DNA of 63,747 bases, the filler included, from Candidatus Rokuibacteriota bacterium (GTDB taxonomy: Bacteria > JAUVQV01 > DATDCY01): assembly GCA_031406795.1 (NCBI GenBank). It is 5 parts of 5 records of this genome, joined end to end, with 100 filler letters (N's around TTAATTAATTAA, not from the genome) between each part and the next. Parts side by side here need not be neighbours in the genome. Positions count along the whole stretch, not along the records: positions 42,118 to 63,747 come from JANOHV010000261.1; 4 more parts are not named here. One strand, 5' to 3'. Below, piece after piece: positions 53,296 through 62,658 of this stretch (its first letter is position 1; the number at the start of each line of letters is the position of its first letter). The notes beneath the pieces are model-generated. The model was not told the DNA's origin. It saw only the letters and a list, made by a program, of their open reading frames with translations, and did no database searches. The position numbers and the translations under genes were made by a program.

Positions 53296-53520
53296 TCAGT
53301 CGACCTGCGCGTGGGATCCGTCGCAGTAAGGCGGATTCTTCGTGCGCTGGCAGGAACACAGGGCGACCGTTTTCTTCTCCGCGATCACGAACTCCAGCGG
53401 CGTGAAGGATGTCCCCTGGTGCGATCCGTCGCAGAACGGCTCCTTCCGCGACTTCCCGCAGCTGCACCAGTGATAGGTGCCCGGCTCCAACTTCGTGATC
53501 AGCGGTGCGTTCTTGCTCAT
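53296..53520 (-). CDS. CDGSH iron-sulfur domain protein (two motifs)
   Basis: WCSCGKSRKEPFCDGSH and LCSCQRTKNPPYCDGSH. Confidence 0.93.
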   Translation of the reverse strand: MSKNAPLITKLEPGTYHWCSCGKSRKEPFCDGSHQGTSFTPLEFVIAEKKTVALCSCQRTKNPPYCDGSHAQVD

Positions 53521-53531
53521 GGTCTCCTCCG

Positions 53532-54110
53532 CTACTGCGCGATGCCGAGTTGTTTGAGATAGGTCAGGTTGTCCCAGTAGAGGAACTCCTCGACCATGAC
53601 TCCGTTCTTCCAGCGGCCGATGGTGCACATCGGGATCGAGAACCGCTTGCCCGTCGGCTCGATGAACTTCCCGTCGCCGGTGGGCATGGGCTCGGTGAAC
53701 GTGCCGGTCATGATGCCGGTCACGGCGGTGTATTCCCCCGAACCGAACTTGATCGGGTGCACCTTGATGCTCGTGTCCGGCGCATAGACGAAGAGGGCCT
53801 TGAGATCCTTGATGTGGATGTCGATGCCGTTCGTGTGGTGGCCGTCGGGCCAATTGACGACGATCTCCCGGTCGTGGCTCTCGTGCAGCCGCGTCCACTC
53901 CTGGTTGCTGAACACGACGAAATCCAGCGTGTCGAACGTCTCAAGGTTCCTGGCGATTTGCGCCTGCTCGTCAGTATGCTTCTTCAACTCCTGCACGATC
54001 TTTTGCATCTCCGGGGAGCGCACGCTCTTCGCCGGCTCGGCGGCGAGGGTCCGGGAGGCCAGAATCCCCGCAATCAAGACAAGCAGCCCGGGAACGACCG
54101 TCTTCTTCAT
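53532..54110 (-). CDS. Exported SnoaL-like ester cyclase family protein
   Basis: Signal peptide; FDTLDF.VFSNQ.W.RLHESH, PTGKRFSIPMCTIGRW. Confidence 0.85.
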   Translation of the reverse strand: MKKTVVPGLLVLIAGILASRTLAAEPAKSVRSPEMQKIVQELKKHTDEQAQIARNLETFDTLDFVVFSNQEWTRLHESHDREIVVNWPDGHHTNGIDIHIKDLKALFVYAPDTSIKVHPIKFGSGEYTAVTGIMTGTFTEPMPTGDGKFIEPTGKRFSIPMCTIGRWKNGVMVEEFLYWDNLTYLKQLGIAQ

Positions 54111-54212
54111 GCCCGTCTCCCTTCTGATGGCGCTTCGGCGGCAACCCAACGTCCCTGGCGCCGATGATAATCCCCGTAGATCCCGTTGTCGATCCCAAAG
54201 CGTCATGGCCGA

Positions 54213-54355
54213 GGAACCCTTCAGTGAACGGTGGCCAGATCAGTCCGTTCGCCCTGAGCCCGTCGAAGGGCGTTTGTATGAAGACTCTTTCCCGTTCGTG
54301 GTTCGACAGGCTCACCACGAACGGGAAAAGTTGCCTCACTTCACTGAAGGGTTAC
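54213..54355. mobile_element. MITE-like repeat copy 2
   Basis: Near-identical to 19288-19428; GGAACCCTTCAGTGAA ... TTCACTGAAGGGTTAC. Confidence 0.85.
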
Positions 54356-54373
54356 GTGACCGAGGAACCGGCG

Positions 54374-55414
54374 TCACAGAAAGCACTGCGGATCGTCCGC
54401 GCAGAGGTCCTCCTCGCCGCGCGCCGCCGACGACGCCCACGCGATCGCGCGGCAGCCGCGACAGGCGGCCCAGCGGGGACACGTCCCGCACCGCCCGCGA
54501 TATTCCTCGCGGCTGCGCAGTCGCGCCAGCACCGGGGACGTCGCCCAGAGCTCGCGGATCGAGTCGCGGCGGACGTTCCCGATCGCCACGGGGAGGCGGC
54601 GACAGGGCAGGATCGTCCCGTCCTCCAGCACCGTAATCCCGGCGAGGCCGGCGGCGCAACCGCCCGCGGGGATCGAGAGCCCGGGGTCGATCGCGGGCGG
54701 CCAGAGCACGCAGGAGGCCAGCGGGTCGCCGGTCACGAACTCCAGCCCCGGCACCGCGGCGGCGGCGATCTCCCGGTAGACCCGCCCGGTTTCCTCCGCG
54801 CTGAGCGCCGCCTCCCGCAATTCGCAACCCCGGCCGGCGGGGACGATGCGCGCGAAGCCGAGGCGCTGCACACCGCGCGCCGCCACCAGCTGCGCGAGGG
54901 GCAGGACCTCCGCAGCGTTCAGGCGCGACAGGGTCATGTTTGCCGTGACGGTCAGACCCGCGGCGATGAGGTGGTCGACACCGCGCAGCGCCGCGTGAAA
55001 GGACCCCGGGCCGCGGATGTCGTCGTGAACCGGTTCGCGCCCCTCGAGGCTCACCTGAACGGCGCGCACCCCGAGGTCGGCAAGCCGCCGCGCCGCAGCC
55101 TCCCCGACGAGCGTGCCGTTGCTCAGAACCGCGACCGCGAAACCCGCCTCGTGGAAATCGCGAACGATCTCGAACAGATCGCGGCGGAGGAAGGGCTCCC
55201 CCCCGGTCAGGCTCACGGCGGGGGCGAAAGCGAGCCCGTAGGTCTCCTGCCAGGCCTGGATCGTGTCGCGGACTTCGGCGATGAGATCGCGGACCTCGGC
55301 GGTGGTCAGTTCCTCACCCGCCGCTTCCGTCTGGTAGCAGTGGCGGCAGCGCAGATTGCAGCGTGCGGTGAGGTGCAGCTGCACGAAGAAGCTCAACGGA
55401 TCGGTGAGCGCCAT
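54374..55414 (-). CDS. Radical SAM/SPASM domain enzyme, probable peptide maturase
   Basis: CNLRCRHC, TGGEP; SPASM Cys: GCAAG..PCRRL..CGTC..CRGCR..PQC. Confidence 0.93.
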   Translation of the reverse strand: MALTDPLSFFVQLHLTARCNLRCRHCYQTEAAGEELTTAEVRDLIAEVRDTIQAWQETYGLAFAPAVSLTGGEPFLRRDLFEIVRDFHEAGFAVAVLSNGTLVGEAAARRLADLGVRAVQVSLEGREPVHDDIRGPGSFHAALRGVDHLIAAGLTVTANMTLSRLNAAEVLPLAQLVAARGVQRLGFARIVPAGRGCELREAALSAEETGRVYREIAAAAVPGLEFVTGDPLASCVLWPPAIDPGLSIPAGGCAAGLAGITVLEDGTILPCRRLPVAIGNVRRDSIRELWATSPVLARLRSREEYRGRCGTCPRWAACRGCRAIAWASSAARGEEDLCADDPQCFL

Positions 55415-55450
55415 GGGGCGATGATAACACTACGGCGGGACGGGGGATGG

Positions 55451-55497
55451 CGGGTGCGGCGGCGTCCTCACTCGGCGGAAATCCGCCGCCGCACCCG
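55451..55497 (-). promoter_or_regulatory. 14-bp perfect-stem hairpin between peptide gene and radical SAM gene
   Basis: CGGGTGCGGCGGCG ... CGCCGCCGCACCCG. Confidence 0.7.
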
Positions 55498-55505
55498 GAA
55501 CTCTG

Positions 55506-55523
55506 CATCGCCGACCGGCGACG
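55506..55523 (-). promoter_or_regulatory. Candidate SECIS hairpin
   Basis: Minus strand CGTCGCC-GGTC-GGCGATG; apical GCC-GGUC-GGC parallels the E. coli fdhF GCA-GGUC-UGC; loop starts after 25 and 16 nt from the first two UGAs. Confidence 0.75.
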
Positions 55524-55646
55524 TCACGATTTTCAGGAGTTTCACTTGCGGCAGACCTTGACCGACTGCTCACTCAGAGCCTTCTTCAGCGCCGTCCAGT
55601 GCGCCGCTTCCTGCTCCCGCGCCTGCTTGCTGATTGCCTTCTTCAT
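55524..55646 (-). CDS. Putative selenocysteine-containing RiPP precursor peptide (40 aa, CxxUxxU core)
   Basis: SD AGGAGGTGAT; MKKAISKQAREQEAAHWTALKKALSEQSVKVCRK-U-NS-U-KS-stop; in-frame TGA at 55544, 55535, 55526. Confidence 0.8.
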
Positions 55647-55881
55647 CCGTATCACCTCCTCTCTTCCTGCAGTTGAGCGCAGCGCCTCTGCCTCCGCGCC
55701 GATCCATAGGCGGTATCACTAACAGAGATACACCCTGTCCGCCGCGGACGCAAGACCAGCGACCCGGCCAGACAATTGCACTGTGGCCCGCGGAGCCGGG
55801 GGGGCGGAGTGGCAGCTCAGGCCTTGGCGCCGACGCGGCGCCTCATTCTCATCCGCACCGAAGGGTGGTATACCTCACTGC

Positions 55882-57981
55882 ATGCGGACTGTCGCGTTCC
55901 GGATCGCCTCGCTTTATGCTCTCTTCGGTGTCGTCTGGATCGCCGTCTCGGACCGGGTCCTGGAGGCCCTGATCGCCGACACGCACACGATCACCGTCGT
56001 CCAGTCGTACAAGGGCTGGGCTTTCGTGGTCCTCTCCTCGCTGCTGATCTACGCCGTGGTCGGGCGTGAACTCGCCGCGCGCGAGCGCGCCGAGGTCGAG
56101 CTCTCGGCCTCCGAGGAGCGCTACCGTACATTCATCGAGCTGGCCAACGACGCCATCATCGTGTACGACGCCGCGACCGGCCGGATCATCGACGCCAACC
56201 ACAAGGCCGGGGAGCTGCTCGGCCTGCCGCCGGAGAAGCTGCTCGGGCTGCACCATCTGGACCTGCACCCCGCAGCGGAGCGCGAACGGTACCGAGTCCT
56301 CTTCGCCGATGCGGTCCGCACGGGGAGCGTGCCCGCGGCCTCGGTCAGTTTTCCCCGCAGCGACGGCCGAACAATCCCGACCGAAGTCAGCCTGAGCGTG
56401 ATCGAGGTCGGCGGCCGCAAGGTCATGATGAGCATCGTCCGCGACGTCTCGGAGCGCCGGGAAGCCGAACTGCACCTGCAACAGGAGAAGGAGCGCGCCC
56501 AGCTCTACCTCGACGTCGCCGGGGTGATGCTCGTGGTCATCGACACCGAGCGACGGGTGCGCCTGATCAACCGCAAAGGCGCCCGGATGCTCGGCTACAC
56601 CGAGGAGGAAATTGTCGGAAAACCCTGGTTCGAGACGTTCGTTCCGGAGCGGGTGCGCACGGCGGCGGCCGCGACCTACACCCGGCTCATGGCGGGCGAG
56701 GAGCCCCCGATGGAATACCACGAGGACCCGGTGCTGACCCGCGACGGCGCCGAGGTGCTGGTCGGCTGGCACGACGCGCTGATCCGGGACGAGGCGGGCC
56801 GGGTCGTCGGGACAATCAGCTCGGGGGAGGACATCACCGAGCGCGCACGGGCGCAAACCGAAGCACGCACCCGGCTCGAGCGCCTCGCCACGCTGCACGA
56901 GATCGACCTGGTGATCAGCTCCAGCCTCGATCTGCGCGTGACCCTCACCCAGCTGCTCGAGCGGGTGATGGAGCAGTTCGGCCTCGACGCCGCGGACGTA
57001 CTGCTGCTGCAGCCGCACTCCCAGGCGCTCGAATACGCGGCCGGGCGCGGCTTCCGCACCGGCGGCATCAAGCGCACCCGGCTGAAGATCGGCGAGGGCA
57101 TCGCCGGGCTCGCGGCGCTCGAGCGGCGCAGCATCCGCATCCCGGACCTCCGGGATCCCGCGAGCGGCTTCGCGCGGGAGGAGCTCATCGAGGGGGAGGG
57201 CTTCATCGCCTACTACGCCGTGCCGCTCACCGCCAAAGGCCGGGTCCAGGGCGTCCTGGAGGCGCTCAGCCGCAAGCCGCTCCTGCTCGACGAGGAGCAG
57301 CAGGCCTTTCTGGAGTCGCTCGCTTCCCAGGCCGCCATCGCCATCGACAACGCCGCGCTCTTCGAGGAGCTGCAGCGCTCGCACAGCGCCCTGACGCTGG
57401 CCTACGACGCCACCCTCGAGGGCTGGGCGCACGCACTCGATCTGCGGGACCAGGCGACCGAGCGGCACACCGAGCGGGTGAGCGAGATGACCGTGCGCCT
57501 CGCCCGGGCGATGGGGATGAACGAGGAGGAGCTCTCCCATGTGCGCCGCGGGGCGCTGCTGCACGACATCGGCAAGATCGGCATCCCCGACACCATCCTG
57601 CGCAAGTCCGGGCCGCTGACCCCGGACGAGTGGGCGATCATGCGCCGGCACCCCCAGCTGGCCTTCGAGATGCTCCAGCCGATCGCCTATCTGCGCCCGG
57701 CGCTCGACATCCCCTACTGCCATCACGAGCACTGGGACGGGACCGGCTATCCGCGTGGGCTCAAGGGCGACCAGATCCCGCTGGCGGCGCGAATCTTCAC
57801 GCTGACCGACATCTGGGACGCGCTCCACGCGACCGACCGGCCGTATCGCACCTCGCTTTCGCGGGAAGAAACCTGCAAGGAGATCCGCGCGCTCGCGGGC
57901 ACCCATCTCGACCCCGCGGTCGTGGAGGCTTTTCTCCGCCTCGACGACGAGTCCTGTCACGCGCCGCAGCCGCACCCGTAG
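55882..57981 (+). CDS. Membrane-anchored PAS-PAS-GAF HD-GYP phosphodiesterase
   Basis: Two TMs, two PAS, GAF, LLHDIGK, HHEHWDGTGYP. Confidence 0.93.
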   Translation: MRTVAFRIASLYALFGVVWIAVSDRVLEALIADTHTITVVQSYKGWAFVVLSSLLIYAVVGRELAARERAEVELSASEERYRTFIELANDAIIVYDAATGRIIDANHKAGELLGLPPEKLLGLHHLDLHPAAERERYRVLFADAVRTGSVPAASVSFPRSDGRTIPTEVSLSVIEVGGRKVMMSIVRDVSERREAELHLQQEKERAQLYLDVAGVMLVVIDTERRVRLINRKGARMLGYTEEEIVGKPWFETFVPERVRTAAAATYTRLMAGEEPPMEYHEDPVLTRDGAEVLVGWHDALIRDEAGRVVGTISSGEDITERARAQTEARTRLERLATLHEIDLVISSSLDLRVTLTQLLERVMEQFGLDAADVLLLQPHSQALEYAAGRGFRTGGIKRTRLKIGEGIAGLAALERRSIRIPDLRDPASGFAREELIEGEGFIAYYAVPLTAKGRVQGVLEALSRKPLLLDEEQQAFLESLASQAAIAIDNAALFEELQRSHSALTLAYDATLEGWAHALDLRDQATERHTERVSEMTVRLARAMGMNEEELSHVRRGALLHDIGKIGIPDTILRKSGPLTPDEWAIMRRHPQLAFEMLQPIAYLRPALDIPYCHHEHWDGTGYPRGLKGDQIPLAARIFTLTDIWDALHATDRPYRTSLSREETCKEIRALAGTHLDPAVVEAFLRLDDESCHAPQPHP

Positions 57982-58050
57982 CCGCCGCCGCGGCTCAACG
58001 CGAGCCTGGGGCCGCGGGCCGGGTTTCCCTGCCCGCCCCTGGCGCCTGGC

Positions 58051-61000
58051 TTACTGGAGCGAGCTCAGGTACAGCGAGAGAGCCTCAATGTCCTCCGCGC
58101 TCAGATGCGAGGTTTTCCCATGCGTGTCGCCGATGACCTCGACCCCCTGCGCGCGAAGCTCCGGATTGATCGAACGGCTCCCCGCGGCGTCGACGACGAC
58201 CAGCGGGGCGAGATTCGCCGTCCCGAGACGGTCCAGCAGCAGCCTCCCCTCCGGGTAGGCCGCGCTCGGGGCGGCGACGACTTCCGGCGCATCGAGGCTG
58301 ACGAGGATCGGGCCGCGGCCGTCCCCGGCCACCGCGCCGCCGGCGTCGGCGACCGTGATCGGCACCTCGGTCGGCAGCACGACGGGCGCCCCCCCGAGGA
58401 AGTCGTGCGCGACCCGCCGCGAGTGGTCCGCGCGCACCGTCCGGAAGTTGAAACCCCGCTCCTGCCGTCGCAGCAGCGGGGAGTCGGGCGGCAGCAGAAC
58501 CTCGCGGATGGAGTGCGCGGCGCCGTGGTGCAGCCAGCGCGGGACGCTGTCCCAGAAGGACCGCAGGTGCTTGGTGTTGCGGCTGCTGACGTTCTGGCGC
58601 GACCCGAGATCCTGCGGCGGTCCGAATTTCTCGAAAATGTAATCGTTCGCAAGCCGCAGGAAGGGCCCGTCGCCGTCGACCGTCGTCTCGCTGACGACCC
58701 CCGGCTCGTGGATGTTGAAATCCTGGAACGTGTCGTCCGGCACCCCATTGCTGTTCGTCGTGCCGTCGTGGTGGCACTCGGCGCAGCCGGCGCCGCCCCG
58801 GTCGACGCCCGTCGAGAAGAGCTCCCGGCCGCGCGCGATCATGAGGGCTTGAGGGGCCGGCGGATATTGCGTGAGCGGATTGGGCATGCGCCTGGTCTCG
58901 TTCTGCGTCCAGAGGATCTGCGCGAACGCCATGTCGTAGAACCCGATGGAGGAGGCGTCCCCCTTGAGATCGGGCCGGCCGAGAGCCGCCGAATTCTCGG
59001 CGGTCTTCTGCTTGACGAAGGCCTCGCGGGCCAGCAGCCGCTCCCGGAGCGTCGCCTGCGGGAAAAGCGCGCTCCGGAGCTCCGCGTTGACGAGTTCGCC
59101 ATTGCAGGAAGATGCATAGCCGACCATGCCGTTGCTCAACCCCTCGAACCACTGCGGCCAATTGTCCGAGAGGTCCTTGTTCTGCGGCGATACCTTCGGC
59201 CCGCCGATGGCGTTTCCGCCGACGTTCCACTGATTCCCGTCCTGGCGGCTTTGCCAGTGGCAGAATCCGCAGGACTTGTGGCCGTCGTCGGAGTACGACT
59301 CGGTGAAGAGCCAGCGCAGCCCCACCTCCTCGTGCGTGGCAAAGAGACCGGCGCCGTTGCCGCCGCTGGTCGGATCGGGGGTCCCCGGAGTGACGCCGAC
59401 GGCGATCAGCTCACGCCGCGCAAGTTCCCCGGAGGCGCTGACCGCGAGAACCGCGATGTCCTCGGTCTGCATGTTGGCGACGTAGACAGTCCGGCCGTCG
59501 GGCGAGACAGCCACGCCCTGCGGCGTGATGCCGCCGGTGAACTCGAATCCGACCTGCGTGAGAATCCCCGCGGCGGTGGCCGGGTTCTGGTCGACGCGAA
59601 AGACTTCGAGCCGGTCCGAGTGCAGCTGGCTCACGAATAGCAGGTCGCCGCGGACGAACATCTGCTCGGGACCGCTCCCCCGGATGATCTTCTGGCCGGC
59701 CTCGTGATCGCCAAGATCGACGATCTCACCCGGCGAGGTCAGCTGCGAGAGGTCGCGCTCGGTGTCGACGTAGCGGTAGACGAACCGGTTACTGGCCGAG
59801 TCGAACACGTTCAGTTCACTGCCGAGGTCGTCGAAGGTGGTCGCCCGCGTCGCGTCCGACATCACCGGGGTGTAGCCAAGCGCGGTTCCATCGTTGCGGA
59901 TCGCGACCCCCTCGACGATCTTCGGCAGGCCATGCCCGGACTCCGGCCCGTTCAGCACGGTGTTGGTCTCATGGCCGCAGACGATCCCCCACCTGCCGGC
60001 AAACTTCACGTCGGTGGCCAAGCCCCCCACCGGGAGCACCTTGACCAGCCGGTTCGCGTCGTCGGCGATGTCGATCACGGCGATGGTGTGGCCGAGCGTG
60101 TTCGCGACATACAGCGTCCTGCCGTCGGGACCCAGGTCCAGATCGCGGGGATTCGTGCGCTCCAGGTCGCTCATCCCGGTCGGGATCTCCGCGATCGGGG
60201 CGAACAGCGGACCGGGGTCGATGCGGAAGGCGCGCACCTGATCCTTGAAGCGGTCGGTGACGTACAGGCGCGTGCCCTCGCGGTTGAACACCGCTTTCTC
60301 GGCGTAGAAGCCGGTCGGGAACTCCCCGAGGACGGCGTTGGTCCCCGTGTCGATCACGCTGGCGAAATTCGCGTACTGGTTCAGCACCACGGCGTAGGGT
60401 CCGGCGGCAATATCGCGATTGTCCGGTGAAATCGTGACGCCGACCGGGCGGGTGCCCCGCGTCTGGCCGGGCGGGCGCAGGTCGATCCACTGAACGCTCC
60501 GACTCGCGGTGTCAACTGCCGCCACGCGCCAATCGGGATACCCTTCGCGCCCGGGGAGCGTCACGTACAGCGTGCGCGCGTCGGCGGTGAGCGCGAGCGC
60601 GTTCGGCCAGCTGCGGAAGGGCTGCGGCACGAACGGCCAGTGCTGCCCGCCGCTCTTGACAACCGGATGGTTCGGGTCGATGCGGTCGCCGGGACCCGGC
60701 TTGCCGTCGAAATAGCCCGCCCCGAACATGATCTTCGTGAAACGCCCCAGCCCGGCACGCTCACCCGCCGACTCGGCGCCGACGAGGTTCTTCACCGGGT
60801 CGGGCGTCGGCCCGGTGATGATTCGTCCCCGAGAATCAGTCTTCACCGCGGTGCTGAAGAACCGCAGCGGGAAGGGAGATTCGGGAAGCACCGGCGCGAG
60901 CACCAGCCGCTCGAACGGCCGAAGCGAGATGCGCGGTGGCATCAGCCGCGAGCCGATCAAGACAGCCGCACCGATTGCCGCGACGATCACCAAGGCCGCC

Positions 61001-61059
61001 GGCACGCCGAACCGGCGGCAGAGCCCCTTCGGGTCGCTGCAGGGTGGATCATTCGTCAT
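58051..61059 (-). CDS. YVTN-type beta-propeller protein with C-terminal diheme cytochrome c (CCP/MauG-like arrangement)
   Basis: Repeats such as LYVANT..TIAVID and GVAVSPDGRTVYVAN; CGFCH and CAECH; WLHHG; LSAEDIEALSLYLSSL. Confidence 0.8.
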   Translation of the reverse strand: MTNDPPCSDPKGLCRRFGVPAALVIVAAIGAAVLIGSRLMPPRISLRPFERLVLAPVLPESPFPLRFFSTAVKTDSRGRIITGPTPDPVKNLVGAESAGERAGLGRFTKIMFGAGYFDGKPGPGDRIDPNHPVVKSGGQHWPFVPQPFRSWPNALALTADARTLYVTLPGREGYPDWRVAAVDTASRSVQWIDLRPPGQTRGTRPVGVTISPDNRDIAAGPYAVVLNQYANFASVIDTGTNAVLGEFPTGFYAEKAVFNREGTRLYVTDRFKDQVRAFRIDPGPLFAPIAEIPTGMSDLERTNPRDLDLGPDGRTLYVANTLGHTIAVIDIADDANRLVKVLPVGGLATDVKFAGRWGIVCGHETNTVLNGPESGHGLPKIVEGVAIRNDGTALGYTPVMSDATRATTFDDLGSELNVFDSASNRFVYRYVDTERDLSQLTSPGEIVDLGDHEAGQKIIRGSGPEQMFVRGDLLFVSQLHSDRLEVFRVDQNPATAAGILTQVGFEFTGGITPQGVAVSPDGRTVYVANMQTEDIAVLAVSASGELARRELIAVGVTPGTPDPTSGGNGAGLFATHEEVGLRWLFTESYSDDGHKSCGFCHWQSRQDGNQWNVGGNAIGGPKVSPQNKDLSDNWPQWFEGLSNGMVGYASSCNGELVNAELRSALFPQATLRERLLAREAFVKQKTAENSAALGRPDLKGDASSIGFYDMAFAQILWTQNETRRMPNPLTQYPPAPQALMIARGRELFSTGVDRGGAGCAECHHDGTTNSNGVPDDTFQDFNIHEPGVVSETTVDGDGPFLRLANDYIFEKFGPPQDLGSRQNVSSRNTKHLRSFWDSVPRWLHHGAAHSIREVLLPPDSPLLRRQERGFNFRTVRADHSRRVAHDFLGGAPVVLPTEVPITVADAGGAVAGDGRGPILVSLDAPEVVAAPSAAYPEGRLLLDRLGTANLAPLVVVDAAGSRSINPELRAQGVEVIGDTHGKTSHLSAEDIEALSLYLSSLQ

Positions 61060-61352
61060 GAGCAGTCCTCCTTCCCGGGATGAGCCGAATCAACCTTCTC
61101 TTCTTGGTAATATACGAGTTACGCCGCGAATTAGCACTGGTTTCTTGCGGCCCCGTCGCCTCCCTTGACATCAACGCCCGCGCGACACACCATCACGCAT
61201 GTCCGGTGCACGCTTCCTCCCGCGAAGCACCCGGTTCGGCAGGCACCCGCGGCGCCGACCGGCGTTGCCGTGGACGATTCTGCCTGGCCGCGTGCTCGTC
61301 GCGCGCATCCCGTGAGCGAAGGGGCGATCCTCTGACGCACCGGGGGGGACCA

Positions 61353-62228
61353 ATGAGGAAACCGCACCTGAACGCCGCCCTGGCGTCCTGCCTGCTGCTC
61401 GGAGCGGGTCTGCTGACGGGCTGCCATGGGCCCGCGCAGGACCACAGCCGGTTCGAGAACGCGGCGCTGCTGCGGGACCACACCGTGCTGTTCTCTTTCA
61501 AACACCTCGTGTACCGCCCGGCTGAAGGGTTCGCCGCGTTCCCCGACGGCGGGATCCCGAAGTACCTCAGAGACGAGGATCTCCTCGGCACGTACCACAT
61601 GCCCTCGGGCGCCATTCGAATTCTGCGCCGCGAGCCGAACCGCCGCTGGACCGACGGGCAGGGCGTGATCGGCATCCAACGCTCGCGCGGCACCGTGGCG
61701 CTCGTGACGCAGGGAGGCCAGCTGCGCCGGGACCTCTCGGAGTCCGCGTTCGAAGATTGGCTCGTCGACGTCGAAACCGGCACATTCCAACCGGTCGACT
61801 ATCGGACCGGGCTCGCCGGGCGCAAGCTCGCCTCGCGCGAGATGTACCTCGTCGATGCGCGGGGAACCCTGCTGTTCGTGACGGACCCGCTGGGGGCCGG
61901 CGGCAAGCGCGACGAACGCGAGGCCGCGCTGTGGATCCGCACTCCGGAGGGCGAGTATCTGCAGGTGGCGCAGACCTCGCACTACGAGGGGATGGAGGGG
62001 GACGACCTGATCTACTGGATTCCGCAGACGCGCCGCTTCCACGCGTACAACGTGGTCACCCGCGCGACCCGGGACCTGCCGGGCTACCGGACGAAACCGC
62101 AGGAGAATTTCGTCGAGGGGGTCTCCGTGGAGAGCGGCGGCCGGCGGCTGCTGTTCGGAAGCAATACCGGTTCCGGCTGGAACTACGAGCCGTTGCCGGT
62201 CGACCCGGCCCGCCTGAAAGAGCGCTGA
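61353..62228 (+). CDS. Hypothetical lipoprotein
   Basis: GGGGGGA RBS, MRKPH..LLTGC lipobox; GC3-rich codons. Confidence 0.7.
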   Translation: MRKPHLNAALASCLLLGAGLLTGCHGPAQDHSRFENAALLRDHTVLFSFKHLVYRPAEGFAAFPDGGIPKYLRDEDLLGTYHMPSGAIRILRREPNRRWTDGQGVIGIQRSRGTVALVTQGGQLRRDLSESAFEDWLVDVETGTFQPVDYRTGLAGRKLASREMYLVDARGTLLFVTDPLGAGGKRDEREAALWIRTPEGEYLQVAQTSHYEGMEGDDLIYWIPQTRRFHAYNVVTRATRDLPGYRTKPQENFVEGVSVESGGRRLLFGSNTGSGWNYEPLPVDPARLKER

Positions 62229-62658
62229 GGAAGAAACTGTACATCTCGATGACCGAGAGCGGCGAGCGGATGTCGTGCTTGGCGATGCCTTCAAGAGGGC
62301 CCGGCAGAAGTCCCCGCAGAAATCCTGCCCGGATGTTCGTCATGAGTCTCTTCCTGCTGGCTGCGCCCGGCACCGCTCAGGCCCGCGGGGGCAGCTACCG
62401 GCATCGCGAGCAGCTACGTGTTTACCGGGTCATACCGGGGCTGGCGGATCGCTCCGGAGGCCGGTGGCGGCTACTATGGTCTCGTCGCGATCAGGTCCTT
62501 TTGAGACGCCGCGTCCCGCTCTGCCGCGGAATCCCGGCTCTTCCCGATGCCCCCGGTCCGGAGCAGCGGCAAGCGCAGCCACACCGGCGGGACGAACGCA
62601 ACCCATGTTCTGCTGGCCCCGGCCTCGCGGCGCAGCGTCAACGCGATCGCCGGGACGC

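Noticed and set aside
55314-55523. Readthrough of the third UGA into RRRSAMQSSGCGGG..., which superficially resembles an SbtA core
   Set aside because: The third UGA is only 7 nt from the hairpin loop, and the frame runs through a 14-bp stem and 100 nt into the radical SAM gene; most likely the true stop, though not excluded.
62250-62650. Signal-peptide-like stretch MFVMSLFLLAAPGTAQA
   Set aside because: No clear SD or coherent downstream domain; at most a gene remnant.
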